Shown here: positions 12,345 to 24,020 of the stretch, one piece after another
Layout: each line of letters begins with the position of its first letter
Numbering within the stretch: the stretch's first letter is position 1
Notes under the pieces: model-generated
Told to the model about the DNA's origin: nothing
The model's input: the letters and a program-made list of their open reading frames with translations, nothing else
Database searches by the model: none
DNA from: Ginglymostoma cirratum
Lineage: Eukaryota
Reading direction: 5' to 3'
DNA: 51,594 nt
Assembly: GCA_024137785.1 (NCBI GenBank)
Contig: JAHRHZ010000085.1
Span: forward strand, 3,664,869-3,716,462
Translations under genes and position numbers: made by a program

Positions 12345-14250
12345 TTTTACAGTGCATCCTGTGGATGAATCACACTGACGTTGCAGAACATCAGTACTGG
12401 AGGGAGTATATATTTATGGGTTGCCAAACAAGTGGGTTGATTTTTTCTGTGGAAGGGTATGGAGCTGCACTCATCCAGGCGAGTGGGGAGCTTTCCATCA
12501 CACTCTTAACTTGTACCTTGTAGATGGTGAATGGTCTTTGTCGAGTCAAGAGGTGAGTTACACACTAAACATTCCTGTTGTATTAAAATGCATAGTCGAG
12601 CTCAGTTTCTGGTCAATGGTAAATCCCAGAGTGTTGCTCGTGAGGGATTCAGTGATGGAAATGACAATAAATGTCATGGGACATTGGTTTAATTGTTCCT
12701 TACTGGAGATGGCCATTACCTGGCATTCGTGTTGTGCAAACGTTTCTTCCTATTTATTCACTCAAAGTGGATATTGCAGAGATCTTGCTGAATTCAGATA
12801 TAGACTGCTTCAGTACCTGAGCAACGAATGGTCCTAAATGTTCTGAGCTCATGACTGAATGCCCTCAATTCTCATTTTATGACGGAGGGAAGATCATTAA
12901 TGAAACAGGAGTAGAAGATTGGGCCTAGGACATTACTCTGAGAATCTACTGCAGAAATTCCTGGATGGAGAATGACTGACATTCGACCACCACAATCATC
13001 TGACTTTGTGCCATGTGCGTCTCCGATCAATAGAGAGCTATCCCGCTGATTCCCATTGATTCAATGTTTGCTAGGGGTCCTGGATGCAACTCTCAATCAA
13101 ATGTAGCCTTGATGTCAAGTGCTGTAACTCTCACCTCAGCTCTGCAATTCAGTTCCTTTGTCCATGTTTGGACCAAGGCTGTAATGTGGTCAGGAGCTGA
13201 GTGCCCCTCGGCAAACTGAGTATCACTGAGCAGGTCATTGCTCAACAGGTGCTAGGTGAGGACATTGTTGTTGATACCTTCCATTTCTTCACTGCTGGTC
13301 AAATTTATGCATGGTACAATAATTGATCGGATTGGATTTGTCCTGCTTTTGGTGTATGAAATTACCTGGGCAATTTTCTATGTTTTCAGGTATTTATAGC
13401 TATTCTGGAACAACTTGGCTAAGGGTGTGTCAATTTTTGTAACACCAGTCATCAGTACTATTGTTGGAATGTTGTTAGGGCCTATATCCTTGTTTCCTGA
13501 TATCACATGGAGGGATGTCTCGCATCTGTGATGGTGGGGACCTCTACAGGAGGCCGAGACGGATCACCCATGAGGCACTTCTGATGAAGGCTGCGGCATA
13601 TCCTTCTGCCTTATCATTTGCACTGATGCACCAGGCTCTTTCATCATTGACAATGAAGATAACTGTGGGGCTCCCTCCTCCTGTGAGTGAGTTGTTTAAA
13701 TGTCCACATTGGTCTCAGGGGAGGCAATGGTCTAGCGGTATTGTCGCTGAACTGTTAATCCAGAGACCTGGGTAATGTTCTGGGGATCAGGCTTTAAATC
13801 CTGCCATTGCAGATGGTGGAATTTGAATCCAGAAATATCTAATGATGACCATGAATCCATTACCAATTGTTGAAAAACCCATCTGATTCACACGTGTCTT
13901 TTAGAGAAGGAAACTGCCATCCTTACCTGGTCTGGCCTACATGTGACTCCAGAGCCACAGCAATGTCATTGACTCACCACTGCCCTCTGGGCAATTGAGG
14001 ATGAACAATAAATGCTGGCCTAGCCAGCAACACCTTTATCCTGCGAATGAATAAATAAGAAATAAAGAACCACCATCATGACTGGATGAGGCAGGACTGC
14101 AGAGCTTAGATCTGATTCATTTGTTGTGAGATTGCTTAGCTCTATCTATCACTTGCTGCTTATCCTGTTTGGCATGCAAGTCGTCCTGTTTGGTAGCCTC
14201 ACCAGCTTGATACCTCATTTTTACCTGTGCCTGGTGCTGCTCCCAGCATG
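12345..14250 (-). mobile_element. Second copy of the same LINE family in inverted orientation
   Basis: Reverse complement of motifs in 11255-12280 (e.g. tttgtccatgtttggaccaaggctgtaatg vs cattattatagccttggttcaaacatggacaa); interrupted by the SINE at 13718. Confidence 0.75.
13718..14067 (+). mobile_element. tRNA-derived SINE (DeuSINE/SacSINE-like), full length
   Basis: tRNA-like head (ggcaatggtctagcggt A box), central ccttacctggtctggcctacatgtgactccag block, and a LINE-like tail ending in gaatgaataaat. Confidence 0.75.
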
Positions 14251-14840
14251 GGATTAATGTCCCTGGATTTTAAAGAGAACAATGACTTTTTAACTTAACT
14301 GGTCTGTGGTTGTTCTGATCAGTGAACCTCATCACAGCAAAGAAATTTTATGACTTTTGAAGATGACCTTGAATGCTGCTGGAAGTTTTGTGGAAATTGA
14401 ATGTATAACAGGAGGTAACTGAAAACTTGGCTAAAGATAAACTGAGAAAGATCATCCATAAATTGCAGATGGGAGTCCAAGGAGGGTCATGAAAAGATGC
14501 AGAATTTCAAATTATAATCCAATATTTCCAACTGAAAAAGCGAAACCAGAAATTGTGGTGTCACAACTGGAACTAACTAAGCTACAACTACAAGAGAAAA
14601 AAAGATTTAATAGAGGAGGTCAAGGCAAAATGTAAAGACATGAGTTAGAAGAAAAATCAGGGAAATTGAGTAGAAAGATAAAGTGGATAATGAGCAGTGG
14701 GTAAAAGAACAATGGCAGTAATGCAAATGTACATCAATGAACAAAACTTGAAAGTAAAGAGACTGAAAAGCAGATAAAGATGAATTATTAAATAAAAACT
14801 GGTCTCCATAGGAATAGAGACCATAAGACTTAGAGAAGAA

Positions 14841-15172
14841 GGCATGGTGGCTCAGAGGTTAGCACTGCTCCTCACAGTGCCAGGGACTCAGGTGTGATTC
14901 CAGCCTCAGGCGTCTGTCTGTGTGGAGTTTGCACTTTCTCCACTTGTCTGTGTTGGTTTTTGTCAGGTGCTCCAGTTTCCTACCACATTTCAAAGATGTG
15001 TATGTGGATTAGCCTTGTCCAGGGTTGTGCAGGTTGGGTGGATGAACCAGGGTTAAATGTGGTGTCACGGGCATGGGGTAGGAATTTGGGTGGGAATCTC
15101 TTTGAAGAGTCTGTGCAGACTCAATGGGGCTAATAGCCTCTCTCTGCACTGTAGGAATTCTATGATTCTAAT
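14841..15172 (+). mobile_element. HE1-type V-SINE
   Basis: ggcatggtggctcagaggttagcactgct A box, V domain tgtgtggagtttgcac..., tail attctatgattcta. Confidence 0.85.
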
Positions 15173-15294
15173 GACTTTTTTACAGCAGAGAGCGGCCGGA
15201 GCTGGGTGGAAACGAGGTCGGAGCAGAGAGGCTGTTGGGAAGGTAAGTGTTTTGCTATTTAAGCACTTACCTCGAAGCCAGTGGTCCTTTTTTA

Positions 15295-16100
15295 AGTAGG
15301 TGTGTTCATTTGGTACATCCCTAATTGCAAAAAGTACGAACAGAGTTTCTTATCCCTATTGTCTGGAATAGTCTTGACTATAAGCCCTTAACATAGTCTG
15401 TAAATTTTGATGCCCAGCTTTCTAATGCTCCCTGGGATTCAGAACTGTACGCAGTGGATTTTAAATATTTTATTCCTAGACTATCCATAACTTTCCTGAA
15501 TAACTTGGATGTAAAATGTGGCCCTTGATCTGATTGTATGTTTGTGGGTAAGACATCTATAGTCCTTTTAACTGTGATATTGTGTAATGGAATAGCCTGT
15601 GAAAATATGTGCACACATCCATTATTGTTAACAAATTCTCATTCCTACTTTTTGTTTTCGGTAGAGATCCTACTCAATCAATTAAGATCCTTGTGAAAGG
15701 TTCCTTAAATGCAGTAATGGACATTACAGGTGCTGGCTTTATTACTGCCTGAAGTTCTCCAACTACCTGACATGTATGACATGTCTGGCAAAACTCAATG
15801 ACATCCTTATGCAATCCAGGCCAGGAAAATTGTTTTTGAATTTTGGCTTGAGTTTTTCTTAGCCCTAAATGACCGCCGACTGGTAATTCATGTGCTACCC
15901 ACAACACTTCCTTTCTATAACCTAATGATAATAACAATTTGATTAACTTTTGCTCATTTCTCATCTGCCTGAATATGTGATGGTTTCCATTTGCTCATCA
16001 AGACATCATTTTTAAGATCGTAACATTCTGGAATACAGTCAAATTCTTCTTCTGTGCACGCTTTTCGATACAATTGCTTCAGTTTTTCACCTTCAGTTAA
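15295..16100 (-). mobile_element. Gypsy/Ty3 LTR retrotransposon integrase fragment
   Basis: HHCC zinc finger VAHELPVGGHLG...CQTCHTCQ; core motifs PFTRILID, IQSDQGPHFTS, STAYSSESQGALE. Confidence 0.9.
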
Positions 16101-16214
16101 CACTTTGTGGTCTGGTTTCAATGTACATTTGTTCGTTGGTGGCTACATGTTGTCTTGTGCAATATTTGTGTTTTCATTCCCTGCAGCTTGAGATTGAGGG
16201 ATGCTTTGAATTTA

Positions 16215-17110
16215 GGGGTAACATAGTGTGGAACTAGAGGAACACAACGGGTCAGGCAGCATCAGAGGAGCAGGAAAGTTGACGTTTCAGGTCGGGACCC
16301 TTCATCAGAAATGGGGGAGGGGGAATGGGGTTATGAAATAAATAGAGAGAGGAGGCATGGGGCTGGTGGAGGTAGGTGGGATGGTGATAAGTGAGTGCAG
16401 GAAGGGAGTGGTGGGAATTGGTCAGTCAGGTGGGAGGAGCAGATATGTGGGAGAGAAGACAGACAGATTGTGTCAGGTCAAGGAGGCAGGGATGAGAGGG
16501 AGGTATGGTCATGGGATGAGGCGGGGGGGTGGGGCGATTTTGAAACTGGTAAAGTCCACATTGAGGCCATTGGGTTGTCGGCTCCTAAGCAGAATATGAG
16601 GTGCTGCTCCTTCATTTTCTGGGTGGTGTCATTGTGGCACTGGCGGAGGCCCAGGATGGACATGTCATCCAGGGAGTGGGAGGGGGAGTTGAAATGGTTT
16701 GCGACTTGAAGGTGTTGTCGTTTGTTGCGAACAGAGCCCAGGTACACCACAATGTGGTCTCCGAGCCTCCGCATTGTCTCACTGATGAAGAGGAGGCCAC
16801 ATCGGGAGCAGCAGACACACTAGACCATATTGGCGATGTGCGGGTGAATACCTGTCTGATGTGGAACGTTGTTTTGGTTCCTTGAATGGAGATAAGGTGG
16901 GAGGTGTAGGGGCTGGTGTAGCACTTCCTGCGGTTGCAGGGAAAGGTGCCTAGGTTGGTGGGGCTAGTCGAGATTGTGGAGCAGATGAGAGAGTCACAGA
17001 GAGGCTGGTTCCTCTGAAAGGCAGATAGGGGTGGGGAGGGGAAAATGTCCTTGAATGTGGGGTCAGATTTCAGGTGGTGGAAGTGGCGAAGAATGATACG
17101 TTGAATATGG
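16215..17110 (-). mobile_element. Penelope-like element 3' part (GIY-YIG + terminal repeat), left arm of an inverted pair
   Basis: RRLGDHIVVYLGSVRNKRQHLQVANHFNSPSHSLDDMSILGL. Confidence 0.88.
16281..16308 (-). ncRNA. Hammerhead ribozyme-like core in the Penelope terminal repeat
   Basis: Minus strand CTGATGA-agggtcccgacct-GAAAC-GTC; stem I is weak. Confidence 0.45.
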
Positions 17111-17114
17111 AGGT

Positions 17115-17835
17115 TGGTGGGGAGGTGCTACACCTGCCCCCACAACTCCACCTTCACCCCCATCCCAGGCCCCAGGTGTTCACCTGTACATCCACTAATG
17201 TGGTCTATTGTATCTGCTGTTCCTAATGTGGCCTCCTCTTCATCAGTGAGTCCAAGTGAAGGCTTGGAGACCACTTTGTGGAGCACCTATGCTCTGTTTG
17301 CGACAAACGACAACACCTCCCAGTCGCAAACTATTTCAACTGCCCCTCCCACTCCCAGGACAGCACGTCCATCCTGGGCCTCCTCCAGTGTCACAACGAT
17401 GCCACCCGGAAATTGGAGGAACAGCACCACATATTCCACCTCGAAAGCATACAATCCAATAGTCTCAATGTGGACTTTACTAGCTTCAAAATCTCCCCAC
17501 CCCCGACCTCATCCCAAGACCAGCTCCCCCTCTCGTCCCAGCCTCACGGACCTGTCCGTCTTCCCTCCCACCTATCGGCTCCTCCCACCTCACTGACCAA
17601 TCCCCACCGCTACGTACCTACACTCACTTTTACTAGCTTCCTGCCCGCTTCCTTGACCTGTCAGTCTTCTCTCCACTATCTACCTGCCATCACTGCCGCC
17701 CCCTCTCTATTTATTTCAGAGCCCCTTTCCTCTCTTCCATTTCTGAGTAATATTCCCTACCCAAAACGTCAAATTGCCTGCTTCTCTGATGCTGCCTGAC
17801 CTGCTGTTTTCCTCTAGCTCCACACCGCGTTATCT
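17115..17835 (+). mobile_element. Penelope-like element 3' part, right arm of the inverted pair
   Basis: EHLCSVCDKRQHLPVANYFNCPSHSQDSTSILGLLQCHNDATRKLEEQH; its end tcctctagctccacaccgcgttatctcc is the imperfect reverse complement of 16215-16241. Confidence 0.88.
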
Positions 17836-18647
17836 CCTTTTTAATCTACTATGTTCCTGAATTCTAGATGGAAGACTTCATCCGTTACTGTACCTGTATC
17901 TTGGTAACGTCGACTTCTAACTTATTACCCTCTCCATTCAGGATGCACTGTAGCCGTTTCGTGATATCCCTTGTGTGACAATGTCAATGTCAGAACTCAT
18001 GGATTGAGAGGATCGGCAATGACTCTTTCTGGAAGAAACTGTTTCCTGAGATGAAAAGGACAAGAAGAAACTGTTACAAAGGAATTAAATGCAACATGCA
18101 AATAATCCATTCCCAGGAAGTGAGGAGGTAAATCTTCTTGATAACCTGCTGCCTCATGACAAATGGGCAATTAAGAGTGCCTGCGGGAAAAGAAATGTTC
18201 TGAGTAAAAGGGATTCATTTCACATACACAGCTAACACTGAATGTAACAAGAATTTAAAAAAAGGGATCATCAATAACATCACACCATGAACTTGAAAGT
18301 CAGGAAATACCATAAGAATTCAAATCCAGGATTCTTCCGCAGCAGAACTTCGAAGCATAACACGACACAAGGATCAAGACCCCGAAATTCACAGACAGAT
18401 GCTGTTGTTTGGAATTAAAGGCAAATGCCAACGTTAATTGAGGAATGGCCAAGTTACGTTGTGAGGCTTAGCTTCGTCACTTGTGGGGTCTCAGTTTGGT
18501 CGCTGCATGCAATTAACGTTTGTTATTGTTTCAGCATATGATTGAGATTTTTTTTTAATGAACAGTCGGATCAAAAGGATCTCGTGGTAATTTACACACA
18601 CCACCTGTTTCCAGAGTCACGTCTCGGGCTGCAGAAACGCCTGTCTT

Positions 18648-18938
18648 CACAGAATCACTACAGTGTGGAAGCAGGCCATTCGGCCCATCAAGTCCACACC
18701 GGCCCTCCCAAGGGCATCCCACCCAGATCCACATCGCTGCATTTCACATGGCTAATCCACCTGACCTACATATTCTTGTTATATTATGGACAATTTAGCA
18801 TGGTCAGTCCACGTAACCTGTACATGTTTAGACTGTAGGAGAAAACCGGAGCACCCGGTGGAAACCTACGCAGACAGAGGGAGAATGTGCAAACATAAAC
18901 CAGGCAGCTCAAGGCTGGAACTGAACCCGGGTCCCTGA
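18648..18938 (-). mobile_element. HE1-type V-SINE
   Basis: gaaaaccggagcacccggtggaaacctacgcagacagaggggagaatgtgcaaac is the reverse complement of the V domain. Confidence 0.85.
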
Positions 18939-18939
18939 C

Positions 18940-19360
18940 TCTGTCTTTCTCCTCCCTACTTCTGAGACACCATCAGTGCCGTGAACTTTGCCTTTGCTGC
19001 ATTCTCTGTCTCTTTCACTGTCATCGTTTTCCAACACAGGGGGGAGAAAAAGATTATTGAGTAAAATGGTCTCTGGGGCTCTCCTTTCTGCCTCGCCTCT
19101 TTCCTCTTCCTGGTGGTCCTCCACTCACAACCTGCCTGCAGCGTTACTACTTCAGAAAACGTTCTGTCACCAAGGGTTTATTTAGCCTCGTGGTCGAAGC
19201 TCTGTGCCTCCAGAAACCAAGTCTTGAGACTCGGCACTTGAGCTGTTTAAATGAGCAGCACTTCCCTACAGATGTGGTTATCCAGACTGCCAGAACCAGA
19301 AGCACAGATTCCCACATGCTGCAGGAAGTGCAACACATTGCCTTGGGCTCCCCTGCCATG
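18940..19360 (-). mobile_element. CR1 ORF1 remnant
   Basis: MAGEPKAMCCTSCSMWE (zinc-finger start typical of CR1 ORF1) and PETILLNNLFLPPVLEN. Confidence 0.6.
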
Positions 19361-19910
19361 CTCAGTTGAATTTGGCGAGCTTTACTGTAGCAATTATTTT
19401 TCTGGGAACTGGGATGCAGATAGTCGAAGGTGCAGCAACATTTCTTGAGCTTGGATAATTAGTCCAGTTTGCTAAGTAAGGTTCAAATTCTGGAGATGAA
19501 ACTCTTTTTGCGGGACAGCAAGAGAGAGAGAGAATTGGGAACATGCCTTCCAGCTGCTGAAGTTCGGAACTGGTCCTCTCATGGTGTGAAGACAATGTGT
19601 GTAAAACCCTGAGTATCTGACAGATTGCTTTCAGTTTATGTTTAGTGGTCTCAAAGGCAAAGATCACGCTAATAAACAACACCATTGTGTACAGTCGCCC
19701 AATTTCCACTCATTGCCTTCACCATTCAGAGGTCAATCGGTTCAGGGAGCCTTTGAAAGGACCTAACCTGTTTATTGTCACATTTACACGAGTGCATTTA
19801 TAAACAATCGGTGAAATTTACAATACGATTTTGTTTTTATGTCCTGCACAATGTGCGATATTCCCTTTGATATCAATGTATAGATATTTTTGACATTCTT
19901 TGATTGTTGT

Positions 19911-19923
19911 CACTTCCGAGAAA
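19911..19923 (+). promoter_or_regulatory. Overlapping ETS (ACTTCCG) and GAS/STAT (TTCCGAGAA) motifs just before the putative start of gene 2
   Basis: cacttccgagaaa lies immediately upstream of the ATG at 19927; motif match only. Confidence 0.3.
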
Positions 19924-19926
19924 CCA

Positions 19927-19989
19927 ATGCTTGAATTTAGTCGCCTCCGTTATCTAGTGGTTTGTCAAATTGCAGCATGCTTACTTACC
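19927..19989 (+). pseudogene. Gene 2, putative leader (signal peptide) exon; splice donor not found
   Basis: MLEFSRLRYLVVCQIAACLLT lies ~330 nt upstream of the V exon. A 27-nt tandem duplication occupies the place where a donor is expected. Confidence 0.45.
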
Positions 19990-20034
19990 ATCAATTATTT
20001 CCACCACTTACTTATCATCAATTATTTCCACCAC
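19981..20034. repeat. 27-nt tandem duplication
   Basis: ttacttaccatcaattatttccaccac / ttacttatcatcaattatttccaccac. Confidence 0.85.
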
Positions 20035-20320
20035 CAGCAATGCACTAAAGTGTTTCCAGTTAACTTGGAGCGGGGTGACTAAGGTTATCAACTTAATGCA
20101 GCATGTTAGCACTTGATCTGTTCAATTACCTTTCGGCTTTAGGCGTTATTTACGTAGGTATATGCATTTAAGACTTTCACCAGATCAGTAGCAGAGGAAT
20201 ATATTCAATGTTTATTGTAGTTTCCGATTGCCTTTAGTTACATTTCAAAAGAACGGTTTTCTATTTACTCCTCCTAAATTATCTCTGTTGATAATCCCTA
20301 CCTGTGCTTATTTATGATAG

Positions 20321-20777
20321 TCTGAGACACTCTGACCCGTTCCTCCGTGCATAAGGTCCCAAAGCGTGTGACTAGAGTGAGAGGCGAAAACATTTCCACT
20401 AATTGCTCAAAGATAGCAAGGACTACAGATGCTGGAGTCAGAGATAACAAGTCATGGAGCTGAAGGAACACAGCAGGTCACAAGGGTCCCGACCCGAAAC
20501 GTCAACTTTCCCGCTCCTTTGATGCTGCCTGGCCTGCTGTGTTCCTCCATTAATCGCTCTGCATCTTTTCTCATTCCCACTGCAATGGTGGATGGGCAAC
20601 GCACAACTTTTGATGCGACTGCAATGAAAACTAAAATAGCGATGCCTTTTCTTTAAGGGTCTTCCAAGTTCTATCCGATCAGTGTGAGATTCCAATATTC
20701 CGGGGTTTATTACTGCGGCGTTAGAGAAGGGGCAGGGATGATGTCCAATGGCAGTGGGACTGAGCTCCGGGTAAACG
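20321..20777 (+). pseudogene. Gene 2, IgV-set exon with germline-joined J-like strand, disrupted
   Basis: gatAG|..*DTLTRSSVHKVPKRVTRVRGENISTNCS [insertion] ...QWWMGNAQ (frameshifted) ...*GSSKFYPISVRFQYSGVYYCGVREGAGMMSNGSGTELRVN|GTgagt. B-strand Cys, C-strand Trp, YYC and GSGT motifs are present; in-frame stops at 20323 and 20654. Confidence 0.85.
20409..20549. mobile_element. Short palindromic Penelope-derived element inserted in the V exon
   Basis: gaacacagcaggtca ... ggcctgctgtgttc arms; flanked by ccactaattgctc (20396-20408) and ccattaatcgctc (20547-20559), an imperfect TSD. Confidence 0.8.
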
Positions 20778-21014
20778 GTGAGTGATACCGAGGAACTGAA
20801 GTGCCCTCTGAAATTAATCAGTGAACAAGAAAATGTCAACAGTCCTGCAAATAATGCGGCAATTTCACCAGAAAGCATTTGCTGCAAATAAGGATAGTAG
20901 AACCATAAACCAGCACTGAAGAAATGCCTTTATTTTTATTTTCTTGTTCACTGGTTAATTTCATTAGGATGTAGTCCTCGTGTTTAGGGATTTTATGGTT
21001 AACACAAAAGGCTA

Positions 21015-21480
21015 GGGACTCTTGTGGTGCAGTGGTAATGGCCTTACCATTGAGTCAGGCAGCCTGAATTCAAGTTTCACTTGCTCCAGAGGTGCATAAT
21101 TACATCCCTGTACAAGTTTATTCAGCAATCTTAATGCACAAGGCAATTTGGTAAGGGGAGGCCCACTGCTACCTCACAGCACCAAGGACCTGGGTTTGAT
21201 TCCAGCCCGGAATGGTGGTCTGTATGGAGTTGCACATCCTCCCCATGCAAGTGTGGGTTTGTTCCAGGTATTTTGAATTCCTCCGACAATATATGAAATA
21301 TGTGCACATTAGGTAGATTGGCCATGCTAAATTGGCCATAGGTCCCAGGGATATGCAGGCTAGGGGAATTAGCTATGGTAAATATAGGGTTACAAGGATA
21401 AGGTAGGTCTAGGTGGGATGCTGTTTGGAGGGTTGGTGTGGACTCGATGGGCTGAATGGCTTGTTCCCATACTGTAGGGA
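21015..21480 (+). mobile_element. tRNA-SINE head followed by an HE1-type V-SINE
   Basis: gtggtgcagtggtaatg A box (~21025); V domain tgtatggagttgcacatcctcccc (~21220). Confidence 0.75.
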
Positions 21481-22484
21481 GCCTAAGGTGGAATGGATTT
21501 TGCAGTTAGCGCAGACACGCGTATAAGGTGAAGCGAGTGGCTGTTTAAGATGGCCTATAGATTGCAATTATATAAATTATGTTTTTTTTTCTCGAAATCC
21601 TGTCTGGAATTGCAACCAATCTCCCCCAGATAACTATAGAGCTTTCTATCAGATTCCTGGTTTGTAGGTAATGGAGAGAGTTTGCATAGAGAACATGCTT
21701 CACCACATGCTGCAGAAGACCCCTGCAGCAATAATGTCAGCAATTGTATGACATTTTGCATAACCATGGCTTGAAATAGAAGGACAATGTGCATAATTTA
21801 CACACTAGCACTCTGTTTTGAATCACCTCCTTCAATAAACGAATCATGGAAATGGCTAGCTTCTCCCACACTCAGGAGACCAATGTTACTTTTGCACAAC
21901 TGTTTCTTGATTCAAATCTGTGAAACAACAATGAAATTGTAAATATCAGTCAGAAAATGTGCTTTTAAATGAGGCATAGATGTAAAGGGAATGGGCAGCT
22001 GGGAAAAAATGATAACAAAGGGGAAATAGTGATATGATATACAACTAACAATGTTTTTCTTCATCTTCAGTATATTGAAGAAAAACTCTTGTAATGATAA
22101 TACATTATTTTCCGAGTCATATCTGATAGGTTCTTAATTGTAATCTATTTGTACAATTCAATTTTATTTATAGTAAACACCATCTTTACATTCTTATATT
22201 TTCTAGGCAGTAGAAACATTAACAACATTAATGCTCCTAATGCTAAAAGGAGATTAAAATTGAAGTTTCTTCTTAGCTCTATACATATTCGGAACATTTT
22301 AAAACGTTTAAAGGAAAATCACAATAAATATTTGAAGTTGGAAAGCTAAAGACCTTGGAGCTAAAGAGTGTTGGAGTGTCGGAGAATGACAGTAATTTTC
22401 AGCTATCCTGGGAAAGAGGTGCTTTTATATAAGGGACCAAACAGCTTCCTTTGGTACTATAAATCCTAATGGTCTACTTGGGTG

Positions 22485-22720
22485 GCATTGGCAATGTTCC
22501 CCTCCAAGTCACTCAGCACCCTGACTTGGAAATATATTGCCATTCCTTCACTGTTCATGGATCAAAATTCTGGAATACAAGGGCATTGTGGGTTTACTTA
22601 CAGCCTGTGGACTGCAGTGTTTCAAGCAGGCAGCTCACCACCTCTCTAGGATGATGAGAGGTAGGCAATAAAAAGTACTGGCCAGCCAGTGATGCCCACA
22701 TCCCATTAGTGAATAAAAAA
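22485..22720 (+). mobile_element. LINE 3' tail (same family as 11255-12280)
   Basis: gttccccctccaagtcactc-like block continues the 12250-12275 motif; ends gatgcccacatcccattagtgaataaaaaa. Confidence 0.65.
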
Positions 22721-23738
22721 AGTCAGATTTAGTAGAGGCTGACATGTACTTGTCAGTTTCTTTTTCTGCATAAATCTCCTTGAAACCTCCTTTCATCCTA
22801 CTCACCACTTATGTTTCCATATCAGCAAACTTAGAAATATTACATTTGGTCAGTATATCCAAATCAATTAGATACATTTTAGACAGTTTTAGTGACAGAA
22901 CCAACCCTTATCATGCCTTACTTGCAAAAGGACACCATATCGAACATCTTGAGAACTTGTTTAGTCTTACTGTCTTTTTTTCTGTCTGTCAGCCAATTTT
23001 CAATCCATAGCATTATATTAACCCAATTCCATGTTTTCTAATTCTGTTCACCAATCTACTTTGTGGGACTTTATCAAAAGCCTACATAAAATTCCTATAC
23101 AGCATATCTGCTGGTTCTTACTGGTTTCTACTGCAAGTACCATATTTATGGTAATGTGCTATTCAGTGTTGAAATTCTTGAGCTCAACGTAAAAGCAGGG
23201 AGGATGAATTGGACAAAGGTCACTGACCAAGTCAGATTAAAATAAATTAGTCCAACATTTCACCATGAATGAGTTATTCAATAAGATTTCACATTGCACC
23301 AACGAGGCTATAAGCAGGAAAGGGGTAACATGAATTAAATGCCTTCTCAAGAAATAAAAGGCATGAATTTTCAGAAAGGCCCAGTGTTGTGATGATAGAT
23401 TTATGGATATTTGTTTGGTCTTCCTGACCTTGTGTTTCTGATATAAACTCCTGCAGTGACGGTTGAAATTTTACATGAGCAGGTTCTGTTTAATTGGGCC
23501 ATAAATCTTTTGCAGTGCAGGCTTGAACTTTTCCCTCATCCAGTTTAGGTAAACAAAAGAATTAAAGAAACATGGTGTGATCAGCTTCAAATAATTCAAG
23601 CTAGTCATGGTGATAAAACATTCTGATGTAATTAAAATTCCAGTTGCTAAATGCTTTCCAGTCAGCCTCTCTTTCTTCTGCTGTGTTCAGTAATGGATGA
23701 AAAGTAATTTCAACTTATTTCCTTTAATTTATTTACAG

Positions 23739-24020
23739 TGCCACCAAATTCAGTGATGATTACTTGGCTGTCCTCTCCATTCATCACAATGTTCTGTACT
23801 ACAGCTAGCTTCTTCCCGACAGAAATTAACCTTATTTGGTATAAAAATGACAGCAAAATTACATCTAGAATAAATATTATAAAGTTCCAGAAAGAGGAGG
23901 GATTATATCAAGTTTCCAGCTCCCTGAACCAAGTGGAGATCTTGTCAGTTTATAGCTGTCAGGTTTTACACATTTCACTGGTAGACTCAGCCAATGACAA
24001 CTATTTAGTTTTGGATCAGG
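23739..24020 (+). CDS. Gene 2, Ig C1-set exon (open frame)
   Basis: tttacAG|...CAGG|GTaaga, 282 nt, phase 1-1. C1 motifs MFCTTASFFPTEINLIWYKN, GLYQVSSSL, YSCQVLHISL. Confidence 0.9.

Noticed and set aside
14280-14830. Gypsy gag N-terminal remnant linked to the integrase fragment
   Set aside because: Only a purine-rich coiled-coil-like composition, on the opposite strand to the integrase, with no diagnostic motif.
14841-14915. tRNA gene
   Set aside because: It is the tRNA-derived head of a V-SINE (similar heads at 13718, 21015, ~48595); no full cloverleaf, and it continues into the SINE body.
20438-20887. 149-aa minus-strand ORF with 'SVSLTVYP'
   Set aside because: It is the antisense shadow of the V pseudo-exon and the inserted element; the Ig motifs and splice sites are on the + strand.
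20321-24020. Germline-joined shark Ig light chain or TCR gene
   Set aside because: The J-like strand lacks the F/W of FGxG (NGSGT), no RSS is visible, and downstream TM and ITIM exons fit a SIRP-like receptor.
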